From: an uncultured Gammaproteobacteria bacterium
GTDB lineage: Bacteria; Patescibacteriota; Patescibacteriia; Magasanikbacterales; GWA2-37-8
NCBI GenBank assembly: GCA_964533715.1
Contig: CAZHNI010000004.1
Coordinates: 13,741-77,740 of the forward strand
Reading direction: 5' to 3'
Length of the DNA: 64,000 bases
The translations under genes and the position numbers were made by a program. Below the pieces are notes generated by a model that worked only from the letters and a program-made list of their open reading frames with translations, was not told the origin of the DNA and made no database searches. This document shows, one piece after another, positions 29,007 to 38,990 of this stretch (position 1 is the first letter of the stretch; every line of letters starts with the position of its first letter).

Positions 29007-29633
29007 ATGACTCGCGTCGCCCATGTTATTCCTGCGGCCTTTAATTATTTTGACGATATTCAATCGGAAGCTTTTTCTTTAGTAGAAGGTCTAGGCGAAT
29101 TGGGCATAGACAATGAAGCGTTCACTATTGAGTTTGGTGGATCAGTTTCAAAATCAAAACACGAACGGGTGGAGCGAGTGGCACCTTCTCGTTCTTTTGG
29201 TGGTCTTTCTCCTTTTGCGGACGTAGTCGATTCTTTTGATCAATTTGATATTCTGCATGTCCATTGCCCGCTTTTTGGTGCGGCCGGGAAAATAATAAAA
29301 TGGAAAAAAGCTCACCCACACATTCCGTTTCTGGTAACGTATTATCATCCAATGGCTATGCCGGATTTTTTTAGCCTCATTATTATTGGATACAATGTGT
29401 TGTATCTTCCCAAATTGTTTATTTTGGCTGATGCCGTGGCATCTCCCGAACCGCATGGTATCCCAACAGGCTTGGTTGCTAAAAACAAGCGTATCCTAGA
29501 GGTAAATAGCGTGGTAAATTTTTCAAAAAGCGAATTAACCATAATTCCGGAAGGGGAGCGCCTTGCCCGAAATTATGCCATGTTGTATACTACCCTAGCC
29601 AATTGGATCGACCACTCGAATCCACTAATTTAA
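29007..29633 (+). CDS. hypothetical protein (possibly a glycosyltransferase N-domain-like remnant)
   Basis: There is weak resemblance to GT4 N-terminal domains (ILHVHCPLFGAAGKII...FLVTYYHP) but no C-terminal GT-B domain. Confidence 0.3.
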   Translation: MTRVAHVIPAAFNYFDDIQSEAFSLVEGLGELGIDNEAFTIEFGGSVSKSKHERVERVAPSRSFGGLSPFADVVDSFDQFDILHVHCPLFGAAGKIIKWKKAHPHIPFLVTYYHPMAMPDFFSLIIIGYNVLYLPKLFILADAVASPEPHGIPTGLVAKNKRILEVNSVVNFSKSELTIIPEGERLARNYAMLYTTLANWIDHSNPLI

Positions 29634-29643
29634 AAAAATATAT

Positions 29644-30510
29644 ATGAATGATAAAAAATCATTTTTTGAACTGCTAGATGCAAAGGGGGCTCTTTTGGTT
29701 GGGGTTGTAGGCGGTATTCTTACTCTTGGTACAATCGGTTTTATTATTTTAGGAATTTTAGCCATTCAGGGTAAGATAGGGCTGTCGCTCGGTAGCAGTA
29801 GCGGTTCCGTGGCTGTTTTGCCAACCCAAATTCCAGGAACCAACCAACAGCAGGGTAATACACCACCCGTGCCTTCTGTGCCAAAAGCCAATCGACCAAA
29901 AGTTGAATTATTTGTAATGTCGTATTGTCCATATGGATTGCAAATGGAAAAAGCGTATATTCCGGCTTGGCAGCTGCTCAAAGATAAAGCTGATATTGAC
30001 ATTAAGTTTGTTTCATACGCCATGCATGGGCATAAAGAAGTAGAAGAAAATACCCGACAATATTGTGTTCAGAAAGGACAAAAAGATAAATTCGTTTCAT
30101 ATCTCTCCTGTTTTATTGCTAGCGGAGACAGCGCTTCGTGTTTGTCAAAGACAGGTGTTAACGAAAATAAATTAGCTAGTTGCATGTCTCAAACCGATAA
30201 ACAGTTCGGCATTTCGGCAGAAGAGAAAGATCAAAGTAAATGGTTGTCGGGTCAATTTCCCATATTTCCAATCCACAAGGGTTTAAACGATACTTATGGT
30301 GTTCAGGGTTCGCCAACTCTAATCATTAACGGCTTAAAAGCAGAAGTTGCTCGCACTCCAGAATCTGTTAAACAAGTAATCTGCGCCGCTTTTAAAAATC
30401 CTCCAGCCGAATGTGGGCAGGCCTTAAGCACACTTGCTTTTCAACCCGGGTTTGGGTCCGAAACCTCTGCCGTTGGCGGTGGGTCCGCTACACCAGGGTG
30501 TGGAACATAA
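29644..30510 (+). CDS. membrane-anchored thioredoxin-fold protein (monothiol CPYG motif)
   Basis: Has an N-terminal TM helix and a Gln/Pro-rich linker. The Trx/Grx-like core (VELFVMSYCPYG) has only the first Cys of a CPYC motif. Confidence 0.4.
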   Translation: MNDKKSFFELLDAKGALLVGVVGGILTLGTIGFIILGILAIQGKIGLSLGSSSGSVAVLPTQIPGTNQQQGNTPPVPSVPKANRPKVELFVMSYCPYGLQMEKAYIPAWQLLKDKADIDIKFVSYAMHGHKEVEENTRQYCVQKGQKDKFVSYLSCFIASGDSASCLSKTGVNENKLASCMSQTDKQFGISAEEKDQSKWLSGQFPIFPIHKGLNDTYGVQGSPTLIINGLKAEVARTPESVKQVICAAFKNPPAECGQALSTLAFQPGFGSETSAVGGGSATPGCGT

Positions 30511-30534
30511 TTTAGGTATTTAATAACTACTCGT

Positions 30535-30837
30535 ATGGGAAGATTTAAAAAAGGGTTATTTCTTGGTGGTTTACTTGGCGCCGGGCTCATGTGGCTTAAC
30601 GCAACCCCTAAGGGTAAAGAACTGCGCTCAAAACTCGCTGCTCACTTAGAACCACTCTATAGTGAACTTAAGGTAAGCCTTAAGCAGCTTGATGGCCCGA
30701 CCAGAGAAATGTATGATGCCTTGGTGGAGCGAGCCGTAGAAGAATACTCAGCAAAAAAACAGCTAGCTCTAGAAATGAAAGATATTCTCGTTCGCGAGTT
30801 AAAGAAGAAATGGAAGGATCTTGAAAAAGAATTATAA
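30535..30837 (+). CDS. hypothetical small protein (N-terminal hydrophobic segment)
   Basis: ORF only. Confidence 0.35.
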   Translation: MGRFKKGLFLGGLLGAGLMWLNATPKGKELRSKLAAHLEPLYSELKVSLKQLDGPTREMYDALVERAVEEYSAKKQLALEMKDILVRELKKKWKDLEKEL

Positions 30838-30849
30838 AATATTTAAAAA

Positions 30850-30877
30850 ATCCCCCAAACTAAGGGGGATTTTTTTG
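30850..30877. terminator. bidirectional terminator ATCCCCC-AAACTAA-GGGGGAT + T7, overlapping the recJ stop
   Basis: Perfect 7-bp stem with T-runs on both strands. Confidence 0.6.
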
Positions 30878-32641
30878 TATGTCTTCTACTACGAGTTGGA
30901 GCTCTCGATTGCCGTTCCATTCATTAACGCCAATTGTAAAGGCCATATCAATGGTATCACCTGATTTTAAATTAACTTTCCAATCGGCAGGATGTTTTTC
31001 TGGATTACCAAATCCAAAGGCAATTGTTTTGCGTACCAGATGTGATTTGTGTTTAACCATAAGTCGTAAATGTTTTCCATCTTGTCCAACCGGCTCAACG
31101 CCCATTACCGTTAGACCTTTGGCGGCGTACACCGGCTCTTCGTTGGCTTGGCCAAAAGGTTCAAATTTTGAGAGTAGGTCGTATAATTTCCAATTTACCT
31201 CATCCAAATCAACCTCAGCATCAATGTGAATTTGAGGGGTAAGGTCAAGTTCAGCCGTGCCAATTTTGGCTTTTTCAAGCATCGCCTTTTTAAACTCTTC
31301 AAGCAGACTAATGTCCTTAAGAGAAAAACCACAGGCTTGGGGGTGGCCGCCAAATTTATGAAAGAATTCGGGGACAGTTTTGAGTGCTTCAATTAAATTA
31401 AAACCAGGGACACTACGACCAGAGCCGGTTACAACACCATTGTTAAGACCCATAACAAGAGTTGGTTTATAAAACTCTTCTTTAATTCGGCTCGCAATGA
31501 GACCGAGTATACCTGTGCTCCAGCCTTCGCCAACTACAAAAATTATTGGGTTATTTTCTTGTTCAGTTTTTACAATTTGGTAACGAGCCTCAGTTACTAA
31601 ATGCTCGGTAAGTTTTTGCCGGTCAGTATTATTTTTATTAAGTTGTTCGGCTAGCCGCTCGGCTTCTTCAAGAGTCTCGGCCATAAGTAAGGCAAAGGCT
31701 ACATTGGCATGGTCCATTCGGCCGGCAGCGTTAATGCGTGGTGCAATTTGAAACCCAATGGTATGAGTGTCAAAGGTGCGCTTGGCGTTGCCCTTTTCAT
31801 CCATGAGCCCAGCGTTTGTAAGCAGGCTCTTGAGCCCGATATTGCGTGTTTTAGTTAGTACCATTAGTCCATACCGAACGAGGGTACGCGATTCACCAAG
31901 TAGTGGCACCATATCGCCGACGGTGGAAATTGAAACCAAATCAAGGAGCCACTTTTCAAAGGCCTCGTGAGTTTGACCGTCAGAAAGAAAAGGATTTTTT
32001 TTATTATCTTCAATTAATAACGCTTGAGCCAGTTTAAAAGCCACCCCACCCCCAGCCAGCGTTTTGTCTGGGTATTTTTCTCCGGGAACCAGTGGGTGAA
32101 TAATGGCATCTGCTGGTGGAAAAATTTTTGGCATGGCGTGATGGTCGGTAACAACCACCTTCATATCAAGCTCTTTGGCGAGCACAATTTCTTCGTTGTT
32201 ACTAATTCCACAATCGCAGGTAATAATTAGCTTGGTATCTTGTTCGTGGAGCAATTTTACGGTGCGTGGGTTCATGCCATAGCCGTCGGTTTCGCGGTGT
32301 GGTAAAAAAATGCCGGTATTAGTGGCTCCTAATTTTTTGAGGGTTTTTAAAATAACCGCGGCGGCGCACACTCCGTCAGCGTCATAATCACCGTGCACGA
32401 CGATTCTTTTGTTTTCGGTAATAGAATCAAAAATGAGTTTAACGGCTGCTTCCATGTCATTAAAAAGAAATGGATCGTGTAGGTCGGTTGAATAGTCCGG
32501 ATTCAAAAATTCATCAATTTTTTCTTGCGTTTTAAGGCCGCGGTTCCACAAAAGGCGGGCCACAATTGGTGGCAGCTCTGGGTGCTCATTAATAAATTCT
32601 TGCGGGGGTACCCCATTAATAATCCATTTTTTTTCGGACAC
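30860..32641 (-). CDS. recJ: single-stranded-DNA-specific exonuclease RecJ
   Basis: DHH motifs (VVHGDYDADGVCAA, DHH) plus DHHA1 and OB-fold C-terminus; 593 aa. Confidence 0.9.
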   Translation of the reverse strand: MSEKKWIINGVPPQEFINEHPELPPIVARLLWNRGLKTQEKIDEFLNPDYSTDLHDPFLFNDMEAAVKLIFDSITENKRIVVHGDYDADGVCAAAVILKTLKKLGATNTGIFLPHRETDGYGMNPRTVKLLHEQDTKLIITCDCGISNNEEIVLAKELDMKVVVTDHHAMPKIFPPADAIIHPLVPGEKYPDKTLAGGGVAFKLAQALLIEDNKKNPFLSDGQTHEAFEKWLLDLVSISTVGDMVPLLGESRTLVRYGLMVLTKTRNIGLKSLLTNAGLMDEKGNAKRTFDTHTIGFQIAPRINAAGRMDHANVAFALLMAETLEEAERLAEQLNKNNTDRQKLTEHLVTEARYQIVKTEQENNPIIFVVGEGWSTGILGLIASRIKEEFYKPTLVMGLNNGVVTGSGRSVPGFNLIEALKTVPEFFHKFGGHPQACGFSLKDISLLEEFKKAMLEKAKIGTAELDLTPQIHIDAEVDLDEVNWKLYDLLSKFEPFGQANEEPVYAAKGLTVMGVEPVGQDGKHLRLMVKHKSHLVRKTIAFGFGNPEKHPADWKVNLKSGDTIDMAFTIGVNEWNGNRELQLVVEDIQKNPP

Positions 32642-32672
32642 ACTTTGTTAAATTAAATATAAGTAAAGATTG

Positions 32673-33071
32673 CTAATTTTTTTTGGAAAAAATTCCGCGA
32701 AAAGTTAAATTTCGAAAGTCCCAATACGAATCCGCCAAAAAAATAGTAAATAAAATAAACATAATTTCCAAAGACCAATAATCCAAAACAGATAGGGGGG
32801 TATCGTAACTTGCAAATAAAACAACACCAAGCGCAAGCCAGTATGCGAGACTTCGGCCGGTAAGTGCGCGGTGTTCTTGGTGTTTAATGCGCTTTCTAAT
32901 TTTTAAGAGCATTACAATGTAAAAAATTAATGCCGGCAGCGCAACATACCACTCAAATTTGTGTGCGTCTAAGCCTTGTAAATTTAGTAGTGAGAGCACC
33001 GACCATAAAATACCGGTCAAACCAAAAAAAAGAAATACAATTTCAAGTTGATATTTACGGAGGAGTACCAT
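32673..33071 (-). CDS. hypothetical membrane protein (4 TM)
   Basis: ORF with hydrophobic segments. Confidence 0.4.
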   Translation of the reverse strand: MVLLRKYQLEIVFLFFGLTGILWSVLSLLNLQGLDAHKFEWYVALPALIFYIVMLLKIRKRIKHQEHRALTGRSLAYWLALGVVLFASYDTPLSVLDYWSLEIMFILFTIFLADSYWDFRNLTFRGIFSKKN

Positions 33072-33077
33072 ATAAAT

Positions 33078-33173
33078 TTATTGGAATGCCGGTGCTATAG
33101 TAAAAAAAAGCATCGCGAAGATGCCAAGAATCGCAACGATGGTCCAAATTTTTTTAATAGTTTTTGATTTCAT
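33078..33173 (-). CDS. small hydrophobic peptide (31 aa, MKSKTIKKIWTIVAILGIFAMLFFTIAPAFQ)
   Basis: Its ATG is one nucleotide after the lepA stop. It has a single TM helix and is below the ORF-track size cutoff. Confidence 0.25.
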   Translation of the reverse strand: MKSKTIKKIWTIVAILGIFAMLFFTIAPAFQ

Positions 33174-33174
33174 A

Positions 33175-34983
33175 TTATCTTTTGAGTACGGCTAGGTAGG
33201 TTTCGCTTGGAATGTCTACTTTACCATGGGCTTTCATGCGCTCCTTGCCTTTTTTCTGTTTTTTAAGGAGTTTCATTTTGCGCGTCACATCACCACCGCT
33301 CATTTTGGCAAGCACATCTTTGCGCAGGGCCGAGAGTCGTTCCGCCGCAATTATTTTACCACCAATGGCCGCTTGAATTTTGAGCTCAAATTGTTGTTTG
33401 GGTAAAGATTCTTTGAGTGATTCAACAATTTTTTTGCCTGTTTTGTAAGCTTCATCACGCCACACCAAGGTTGCCAAGGCTTCAACGGCATCTTCCGCTA
33501 CTAAAATATCGAGTTTTACCACGTCAGTTTTTTCGTATCCTTTATATTCGTAGTTCATGGACGCGTAGCCCGAAGTGACTGTTTTAAGTTTATCATAAAA
33601 ATCAGTTACCAGCGAGGCGAGGGGAACTTCATAGTGGAGTAGCGCTCGTTGGTCGCTTCCGGTACTAAGATATTCGGTATTAATGTAGCGGCCCCTGCGC
33701 TCGGAAATAAGCGCCATTACATTTCCTACATAGTCTTTTGGCGTTATGATGTCGAGCGTCATCCAGGGTTCTTCTACCGAGGAAATATAATTTTGGTCGG
33801 GCATCTCTTGTGGACTTTTTATTGTTAATTCTTCGCCGTTCATTTTTTTAATATGATACGCCACGCTCGGCACCGTAATAATAATTTCTACGCCGTGTTC
33901 GCGTTTAACTCGTTCCTGAAAAATATCCAGGTGGAGCATGCCTAAAAATCCGCAACGAAAACCAAAGCCCAAGGCTGTAGAGTGTTCCGGTTCGTAAATA
34001 AGCGCGGAGTCGCTCAGCTTTAGTTTATCAATAGCATCGCGCAATTCTTGGTAGTTGTCACCTTCTTTTGGAAAAATACCAGCGAATACCATTGGTTTTA
34101 CTTCTTTATAGCCAGGGAGTGATTCTTTGGCGGTTGGGGAGCCTTCTTCATCAAGTGTGGTAATGGTGTCACCAACCCGACAGTCGCGCACATCCTTAAG
34201 GCCGGTTACCACATAGCCAATTTCACCGTTTAAAAGTTCGGTGGCCGGTTTAAATTTTGGTGTGTAATAACCAATTTCCAAAATTTCGGCCTGCGCATGG
34301 GTTGAAGTGAGGTAAATTTTGTTGCCCTTAGTAAGCGTTCCATCCACCACCCGCACCGATGTTACCACACCTTTGTACTCGTTAAATTGAGAATCAAAAA
34401 TAAGAGCGCGCGGCGGCTTATTCGAAAGATCGTGTGGCGGTGGAACACGTTCCACTATCGCGGTCAACACTTCGGTTACACCCTGGCCGGTTTTACCGGA
34501 AGCCAACAGTATTTCATCTTCGCGGCAACCAAGTAGGTGAATAATTTCTGCCTTGGTTTTTGCCACGTTGGCAATAGGCATGTCAATTTTGTTGATGACC
34601 GGGATGATGGTGAGATTTTGTTCCAGTGCCAAATAGAGATTGCCAATAGTTTGGGCTTGTACACCCTGCGTTGCGTCCACTAGAAGAATTGCTCCTTCAA
34701 CGGCTGCCAGCGAGCGTGAAACTTCATAATTAAAGTCAACGTGGCCGGGGGTGTCGATGAGGTTGAGAATGTAGGAAGTAGTTTGTAGCTGGTAGGACAT
34801 GCGAACGGGAGTTAGTTTTATAGTAATACCGCGTTCGCGCTCTAAATCCATGCTATCCAAAAGTTGGCTCTTCATGTCGCGTTTCGAAACTGTTCCGGTC
34901 AATTCTAAAAAACGATCGGCCAGGGTGCTTTTTCCGTGGTCGATATGAGCAATAATGCAGAAGTTGCGAATTAGTTTGTTCAT
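33175..34983 (-). CDS. lepA: elongation factor 4 (LepA)
   Basis: NFCIIAHIDHGKSTLADR, DTPGHVDF and the LepA-specific C-terminus are present. Confidence 0.95.
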   Translation of the reverse strand: MNKLIRNFCIIAHIDHGKSTLADRFLELTGTVSKRDMKSQLLDSMDLERERGITIKLTPVRMSYQLQTTSYILNLIDTPGHVDFNYEVSRSLAAVEGAILLVDATQGVQAQTIGNLYLALEQNLTIIPVINKIDMPIANVAKTKAEIIHLLGCREDEILLASGKTGQGVTEVLTAIVERVPPPHDLSNKPPRALIFDSQFNEYKGVVTSVRVVDGTLTKGNKIYLTSTHAQAEILEIGYYTPKFKPATELLNGEIGYVVTGLKDVRDCRVGDTITTLDEEGSPTAKESLPGYKEVKPMVFAGIFPKEGDNYQELRDAIDKLKLSDSALIYEPEHSTALGFGFRCGFLGMLHLDIFQERVKREHGVEIIITVPSVAYHIKKMNGEELTIKSPQEMPDQNYISSVEEPWMTLDIITPKDYVGNVMALISERRGRYINTEYLSTGSDQRALLHYEVPLASLVTDFYDKLKTVTSGYASMNYEYKGYEKTDVVKLDILVAEDAVEALATLVWRDEAYKTGKKIVESLKESLPKQQFELKIQAAIGGKIIAAERLSALRKDVLAKMSGGDVTRKMKLLKKQKKGKERMKAHGKVDIPSETYLAVLKR

Positions 34984-36602
34984 AGTCGTTTGGCTTCATC
35001 AATTCCGGAGGGCACATTCCACAGCCGGAGCCAGCGTTTTTTGAAGCTATTATGCAAATGAATCATTTCTTCCACCCTCAATATGTGACAAATAACCCCA
35101 TACACGAATAGTCCAAGACTACCAGAAATAAAGCCTTGAAGCAATACTCCCCAAAAATGAGTGAGGTCAAAAATTTTCGATAAAGGATATTTTAAAAATT
35201 GAATACTCAAACCCATGGCTAAGGCGGCTACCGCAATACGCAAAAGAAGAGAAACGATTTTTCCCTCTTCAAGGTTGCCGCTTTGGAGGCGCAAGGCAAT
35301 AACCAGCATGGTAATGTTAACAATGGCACCAATGGAACTAGCCAAAGCTAAACCGGCCACTCCGAGTGGTTTCATAAAAATAAGGGCAGCAATTATACTA
35401 ATAAGTTCTGCAATTACGCCAATAGTGAAGGGTGTTTTAGTGTTGGATAAAGCATAAAAGGCGCGTGCATAGAGGGGGATAAGCGATTGTGCAAATAAAC
35501 CTAAGGCGAAAAAAGCCAAGGCATCGGCTGTGTTGATAGTGGCAATCCAATCAAATTTTCCACTTCCAAGAACTACACGTACTATTTGTGCACGCAGAAG
35601 TAGAATACCAATTGAAGATGGTATGATTAAAAAAAGCACTTGGCGCATAGTGGCGCTGAGGTTTTTTATAAAAGCCGGCCCATTGTCTTCTGCCACCGCC
35701 TTAGAAAGTACCGGAAATACAGCTAAAGCAAATGGGACGCCAATAATGCCGGTAGGAACACTTTGCAAATTGTTAGCAAAACTAAAAACGGCAACACTCC
35801 CAGCCGGCAAGAGCGACGCTAACATAGTTATAATAACCGTGTTTAGTTGTGTAATTGCTACCCCCATTGTTCGTGGAATCATCAGTTTGCCAATGAGCCT
35901 TGTTTCCTTGTCTTTTAAATCAAAATGCCATCTCCAGCGCCAACCGGCTTGGTAGGCTCCGTACACTTGGATACCGGCGTGGAGTGAAGCGCCAAGCACT
36001 ACTCCAACTCCAAGGCCTAAGGTGCCAAGCGTGGAATGTGTTAGGACGGTTGCGCCGAAAATAATGCCAAGGTTGTAAAAAATAGGTGCAATCGAATATA
36101 AAACAAACTGTTTTAGGGATTGCAAAATTCCTCCAACTACCATGGAGACCCCCAAAATTAAAGGTGACAAAAGCATGATGCGGGTAAATTGTGTTGCTAA
36201 AGCCAGACTGTCACCCGTAAACCCGGGGGCAATAATTTTTACAAAAATGGGTGCAAAAATTAGGCCAAGCCCGCAGAGTATAATTAGAGAAACGGCCAAT
36301 ATGGTAATAATGTTATTGGCCAATCGCCACGCCGGAGCTCTATCGTCGGAACGATAAAAGAGCTTGGTAAAAGTAGGAATAAAACCAGCAGTGAGAGCCC
36401 CGACAATTAAAAGATTATAAATGAGGTCAGGGATTTTAAATGCTGCATAGTAAGCGTCCAAAATTTGTCCCGCACCAAAATAGTGGGCCAAAATTCGATC
36501 CCGTACCACACCAACAACATCACTTATTAATCCAGCCGCGCCAATTACAATAGCCGCGCCGGTTACGGATTTTGATTCGGAACTAAGCAGACGCTTTATC
36601 AT
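34980..36602 (-). CDS. murJ: lipid II flippase MurJ (MviN)
   Basis: 540-aa polytopic MOP-family protein with a MurJ-like N-terminus (ILAHYFGAGQILDAYYAAFKIP). Confidence 0.85.
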   Translation of the reverse strand: MIKRLLSSESKSVTGAAIVIGAAGLISDVVGVVRDRILAHYFGAGQILDAYYAAFKIPDLIYNLLIVGALTAGFIPTFTKLFYRSDDRAPAWRLANNIITILAVSLIILCGLGLIFAPIFVKIIAPGFTGDSLALATQFTRIMLLSPLILGVSMVVGGILQSLKQFVLYSIAPIFYNLGIIFGATVLTHSTLGTLGLGVGVVLGASLHAGIQVYGAYQAGWRWRWHFDLKDKETRLIGKLMIPRTMGVAITQLNTVIITMLASLLPAGSVAVFSFANNLQSVPTGIIGVPFALAVFPVLSKAVAEDNGPAFIKNLSATMRQVLFLIIPSSIGILLLRAQIVRVVLGSGKFDWIATINTADALAFFALGLFAQSLIPLYARAFYALSNTKTPFTIGVIAELISIIAALIFMKPLGVAGLALASSIGAIVNITMLVIALRLQSGNLEEGKIVSLLLRIAVAALAMGLSIQFLKYPLSKIFDLTHFWGVLLQGFISGSLGLFVYGVICHILRVEEMIHLHNSFKKRWLRLWNVPSGIDEAKRL

Positions 36603-36608
36603 AAAAAA

Positions 36609-37277
36609 TCACGGTAAATTTACCGTCATCACCACATAATCAGTCCCTGGACGACTTTCTTCATCTCCGGTAACGGCAATAATTCCGTCAATGGAATCTT
36701 TGTGGAACAAAACTCGTTTTGTACCCTGGTTTTCTTGATCAATTGTATAACCGGACTTACGAAGTTCTTTTTTATAATATGAAATAATAAAGCTTGGTTC
36801 GGCGTCTAATTTTTGCCATTCAATTTGCACACTGTCTCGCTTATCTGGTGCCGGCGACACTAATAATTGCCAAACTCTTTTTAAATACTCCCAACGAGTA
36901 GTAGGGGTGGCGGCAGTTTCAGCCCCTTCATCAATTCCTACATTGCCTCTAACCAACAGGGGGGAGAGTATTATTTTTGGAAAAAATCCGGCAATAGCTA
37001 CTCCACGGCTTCGATATCTTCCGGATATTATTGTTATTTGTTCAATGTTATCACGATCATAAATAGGGACGTCGGTTGGAAAATTTGCAGGAGTAGTTTT
37101 TACTGTCTTAGGCCCGGGCCCAATAATAAACCAAAGACCAACGATTATAAAAATTAAAAAAAATACTACACAGCCACAACCGGTGAGGCAAGTACGACGA
37201 AAACTCGATCGGTTTTTACTAAGTTCTTGAATAGGCGGTTCAACGATTTCAATCTTTTCAAAATTTGGTCGAGCCAT
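36609..37277 (-). CDS. hypothetical membrane-anchored protein
   Basis: Has an N-terminal TM helix and is arranged as an operon with murJ. Confidence 0.4.
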   Translation of the reverse strand: MARPNFEKIEIVEPPIQELSKNRSSFRRTCLTGCGCVVFFLIFIIVGLWFIIGPGPKTVKTTPANFPTDVPIYDRDNIEQITIISGRYRSRGVAIAGFFPKIILSPLLVRGNVGIDEGAETAATPTTRWEYLKRVWQLLVSPAPDKRDSVQIEWQKLDAEPSFIISYYKKELRKSGYTIDQENQGTKRVLFHKDSIDGIIAVTGDEESRPGTDYVVMTVNLP

Positions 37278-37390
37278 AGGGCGCCTTTATATGAGGGCAA
37301 ATAACAAAAAACTATCCACAAAATAATTTTAGAGAACAGACATAGTATACCAAAGATTACGTTCTTTGCCTAGCAAAACTAATTTGCTCT

Positions 37391-38827
37391 TTGTTTGCCA
37401 TATTGGTATACTTAAGTAATTCAACTATGAAAGTATCTTTTTTTGGTGCCGCCGGCGAAGTTACCGGTTCTTGTAGTCTAATAGAAACAGGGCAAAATAG
37501 CATTCTCATCGATTGCGGAATGTTTCAGGGCAGTGATTTTAACGATGCCAAAAATCATAAACCGCTGCCGTTTGATCCTAAAACGCTCACACATGTTTTT
37601 ATTACTCACGCCCACCTCGATCATACCGGGCGTTTGCCGCTTTTGGTTAAACAAGGTTATAGCGGGTATTTTTATGCTACCGCCCCAACACTCGAGTTGG
37701 CCGAATTGGTTATGAAAGATGCGCACAATATAATGGTCTACGATAATAAAAAATTTGGTCGGACCATTTTATATAGTGAAGAAGATATTGCAGGGGTGAT
37801 GGGAAGAACTAAGGCTGTAAAATACGGAGAGGAGTTGAAATTTGGTGGTATTGTTGGTGAAAGGGATTCTTCGGCTACGCTCCGCTCCGCTCAGAATGAC
37901 AATCTGGTGGTGAGATTTCACGACGTCGGCCACATTTTTGGTTCTGCTTTTATCGAAATTAACGCCGAGGGTAAGAAAATTGTATTCTCCGGAGATGTTG
38001 GTAATGTTCATGTACCTATTTTACGCGATACCGAAGCTTTGCCGAGCAATCTTGACCTTTTAGTTTGTGAGTCAACCTACGGCGACCGCCTGCACGAAGT
38101 TCGCGCCACACGAGAAGAAATGATTGAAGAGGCGATACTCGATGGTGTTGGTAGGGGAGGAGTTCTCATGATTCCTTCGTTTGCTTTGGAGCGCACGCAA
38201 GAATTAATGTATGAACTTAATAAACTCATTGACCACAAACACAAGCTCGGTGGCATTCCCATTTTTTTAGATAGCCCACTCGCTATTGACGCAATTAAAG
38301 TGTATCGCAAATACCCCGAATATTACGACGAAAAAGCCAATGAATATTTTAAAGATGGTGATGATATTTTTGATTTTAAGAACTTAATTACTACATATTC
38401 GCGCGAAGAATCCATGAAAATAAATCATACCCTTGGGCCTAAAGTTATTATTGCCGGTGCCGGCATGATGAACGGGGGTAGAATTTTGCACCACGCTCTT
38501 CGTTATTTATCGGATGCGCGTAACACAATTTTGTTTATTGGTTACCAATCTCCCGGGACGCTGGGCAGACAAATTCAAGACGGTCATTCAACCGTAGAGG
38601 TATTGGGCGAGCGCGTGCAAGTAAAATGCAAAATAAATAATATTAGTGCGCTGTCAGCTCATGGTGATCAAAATAAGCTCGTCAGTTGGATTGGGGCGGC
38701 TAAACCAAAACGTGTTTATTTTAACCACGGGGAAGATAGTGCCGCTCAGGCAATTAGTAGTAAATTATCTAAAGAATTTAATGTGGAAGCAGTTATAGCT
38801 AAACCAAAATTAACTATTCAAGTATAA
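37391..38827 (+). CDS. MBL-fold beta-CASP ribonuclease (RNA-metabolising metallo-beta-lactamase)
   Basis: HxHxDH motif (THAHLDHTGRLP) plus beta-CASP motifs. Confidence 0.8.
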   Translation: MFAILVYLSNSTMKVSFFGAAGEVTGSCSLIETGQNSILIDCGMFQGSDFNDAKNHKPLPFDPKTLTHVFITHAHLDHTGRLPLLVKQGYSGYFYATAPTLELAELVMKDAHNIMVYDNKKFGRTILYSEEDIAGVMGRTKAVKYGEELKFGGIVGERDSSATLRSAQNDNLVVRFHDVGHIFGSAFIEINAEGKKIVFSGDVGNVHVPILRDTEALPSNLDLLVCESTYGDRLHEVRATREEMIEEAILDGVGRGGVLMIPSFALERTQELMYELNKLIDHKHKLGGIPIFLDSPLAIDAIKVYRKYPEYYDEKANEYFKDGDDIFDFKNLITTYSREESMKINHTLGPKVIIAGAGMMNGGRILHHALRYLSDARNTILFIGYQSPGTLGRQIQDGHSTVEVLGERVQVKCKINNISALSAHGDQNKLVSWIGAAKPKRVYFNHGEDSAAQAISSKLSKEFNVEAVIAKPKLTIQV

Positions 38828-38856
38828 ATTTTTAGAATAAAAAATAACTTATCCAC

Positions 38857-38884
38857 AATCCCGAGTAACTCGGGATTTTTTGTT
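38857..38884 (+). terminator. intrinsic terminator AATCCCGAG-TAA-CTCGGGATT + T-run
   Basis: Perfect 9-bp stem followed by TTTTTTGTTTT. Confidence 0.7.
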
Positions 38885-38927
38885 TTAGATTAGCCAAAAA
38901 ATAAGGGTATTTTTATGGGGCAGTGTG

Positions 38928-38956
38928 TTGACGGGTGTTTCTAAGTGGTGTAAAAT
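38928..38956 (+). promoter_or_regulatory. sigma70-like promoter (TTGACG, 17-nt spacer, TAAAAT), candidate dcw/Pmra promoter
   Basis: Hexamers at 38928-38933 and 38951-38956. Confidence 0.45.
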
Positions 38957-38960
38957 GGAA

Positions 38961-38990
38961 GCAGGTGGGGAAAAGTGGTGAAACCACGGA
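38961..38990 (+). promoter_or_regulatory. candidate MraZ operator: GTGG repeats at 10-bp spacing (GTGGGGAAAA GTGGTGAAAC CACGG)
   Basis: Direct GTGG repeats with about 10-bp periodicity just downstream of the -10, resembling MraZ-box arrays. Confidence 0.35.
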
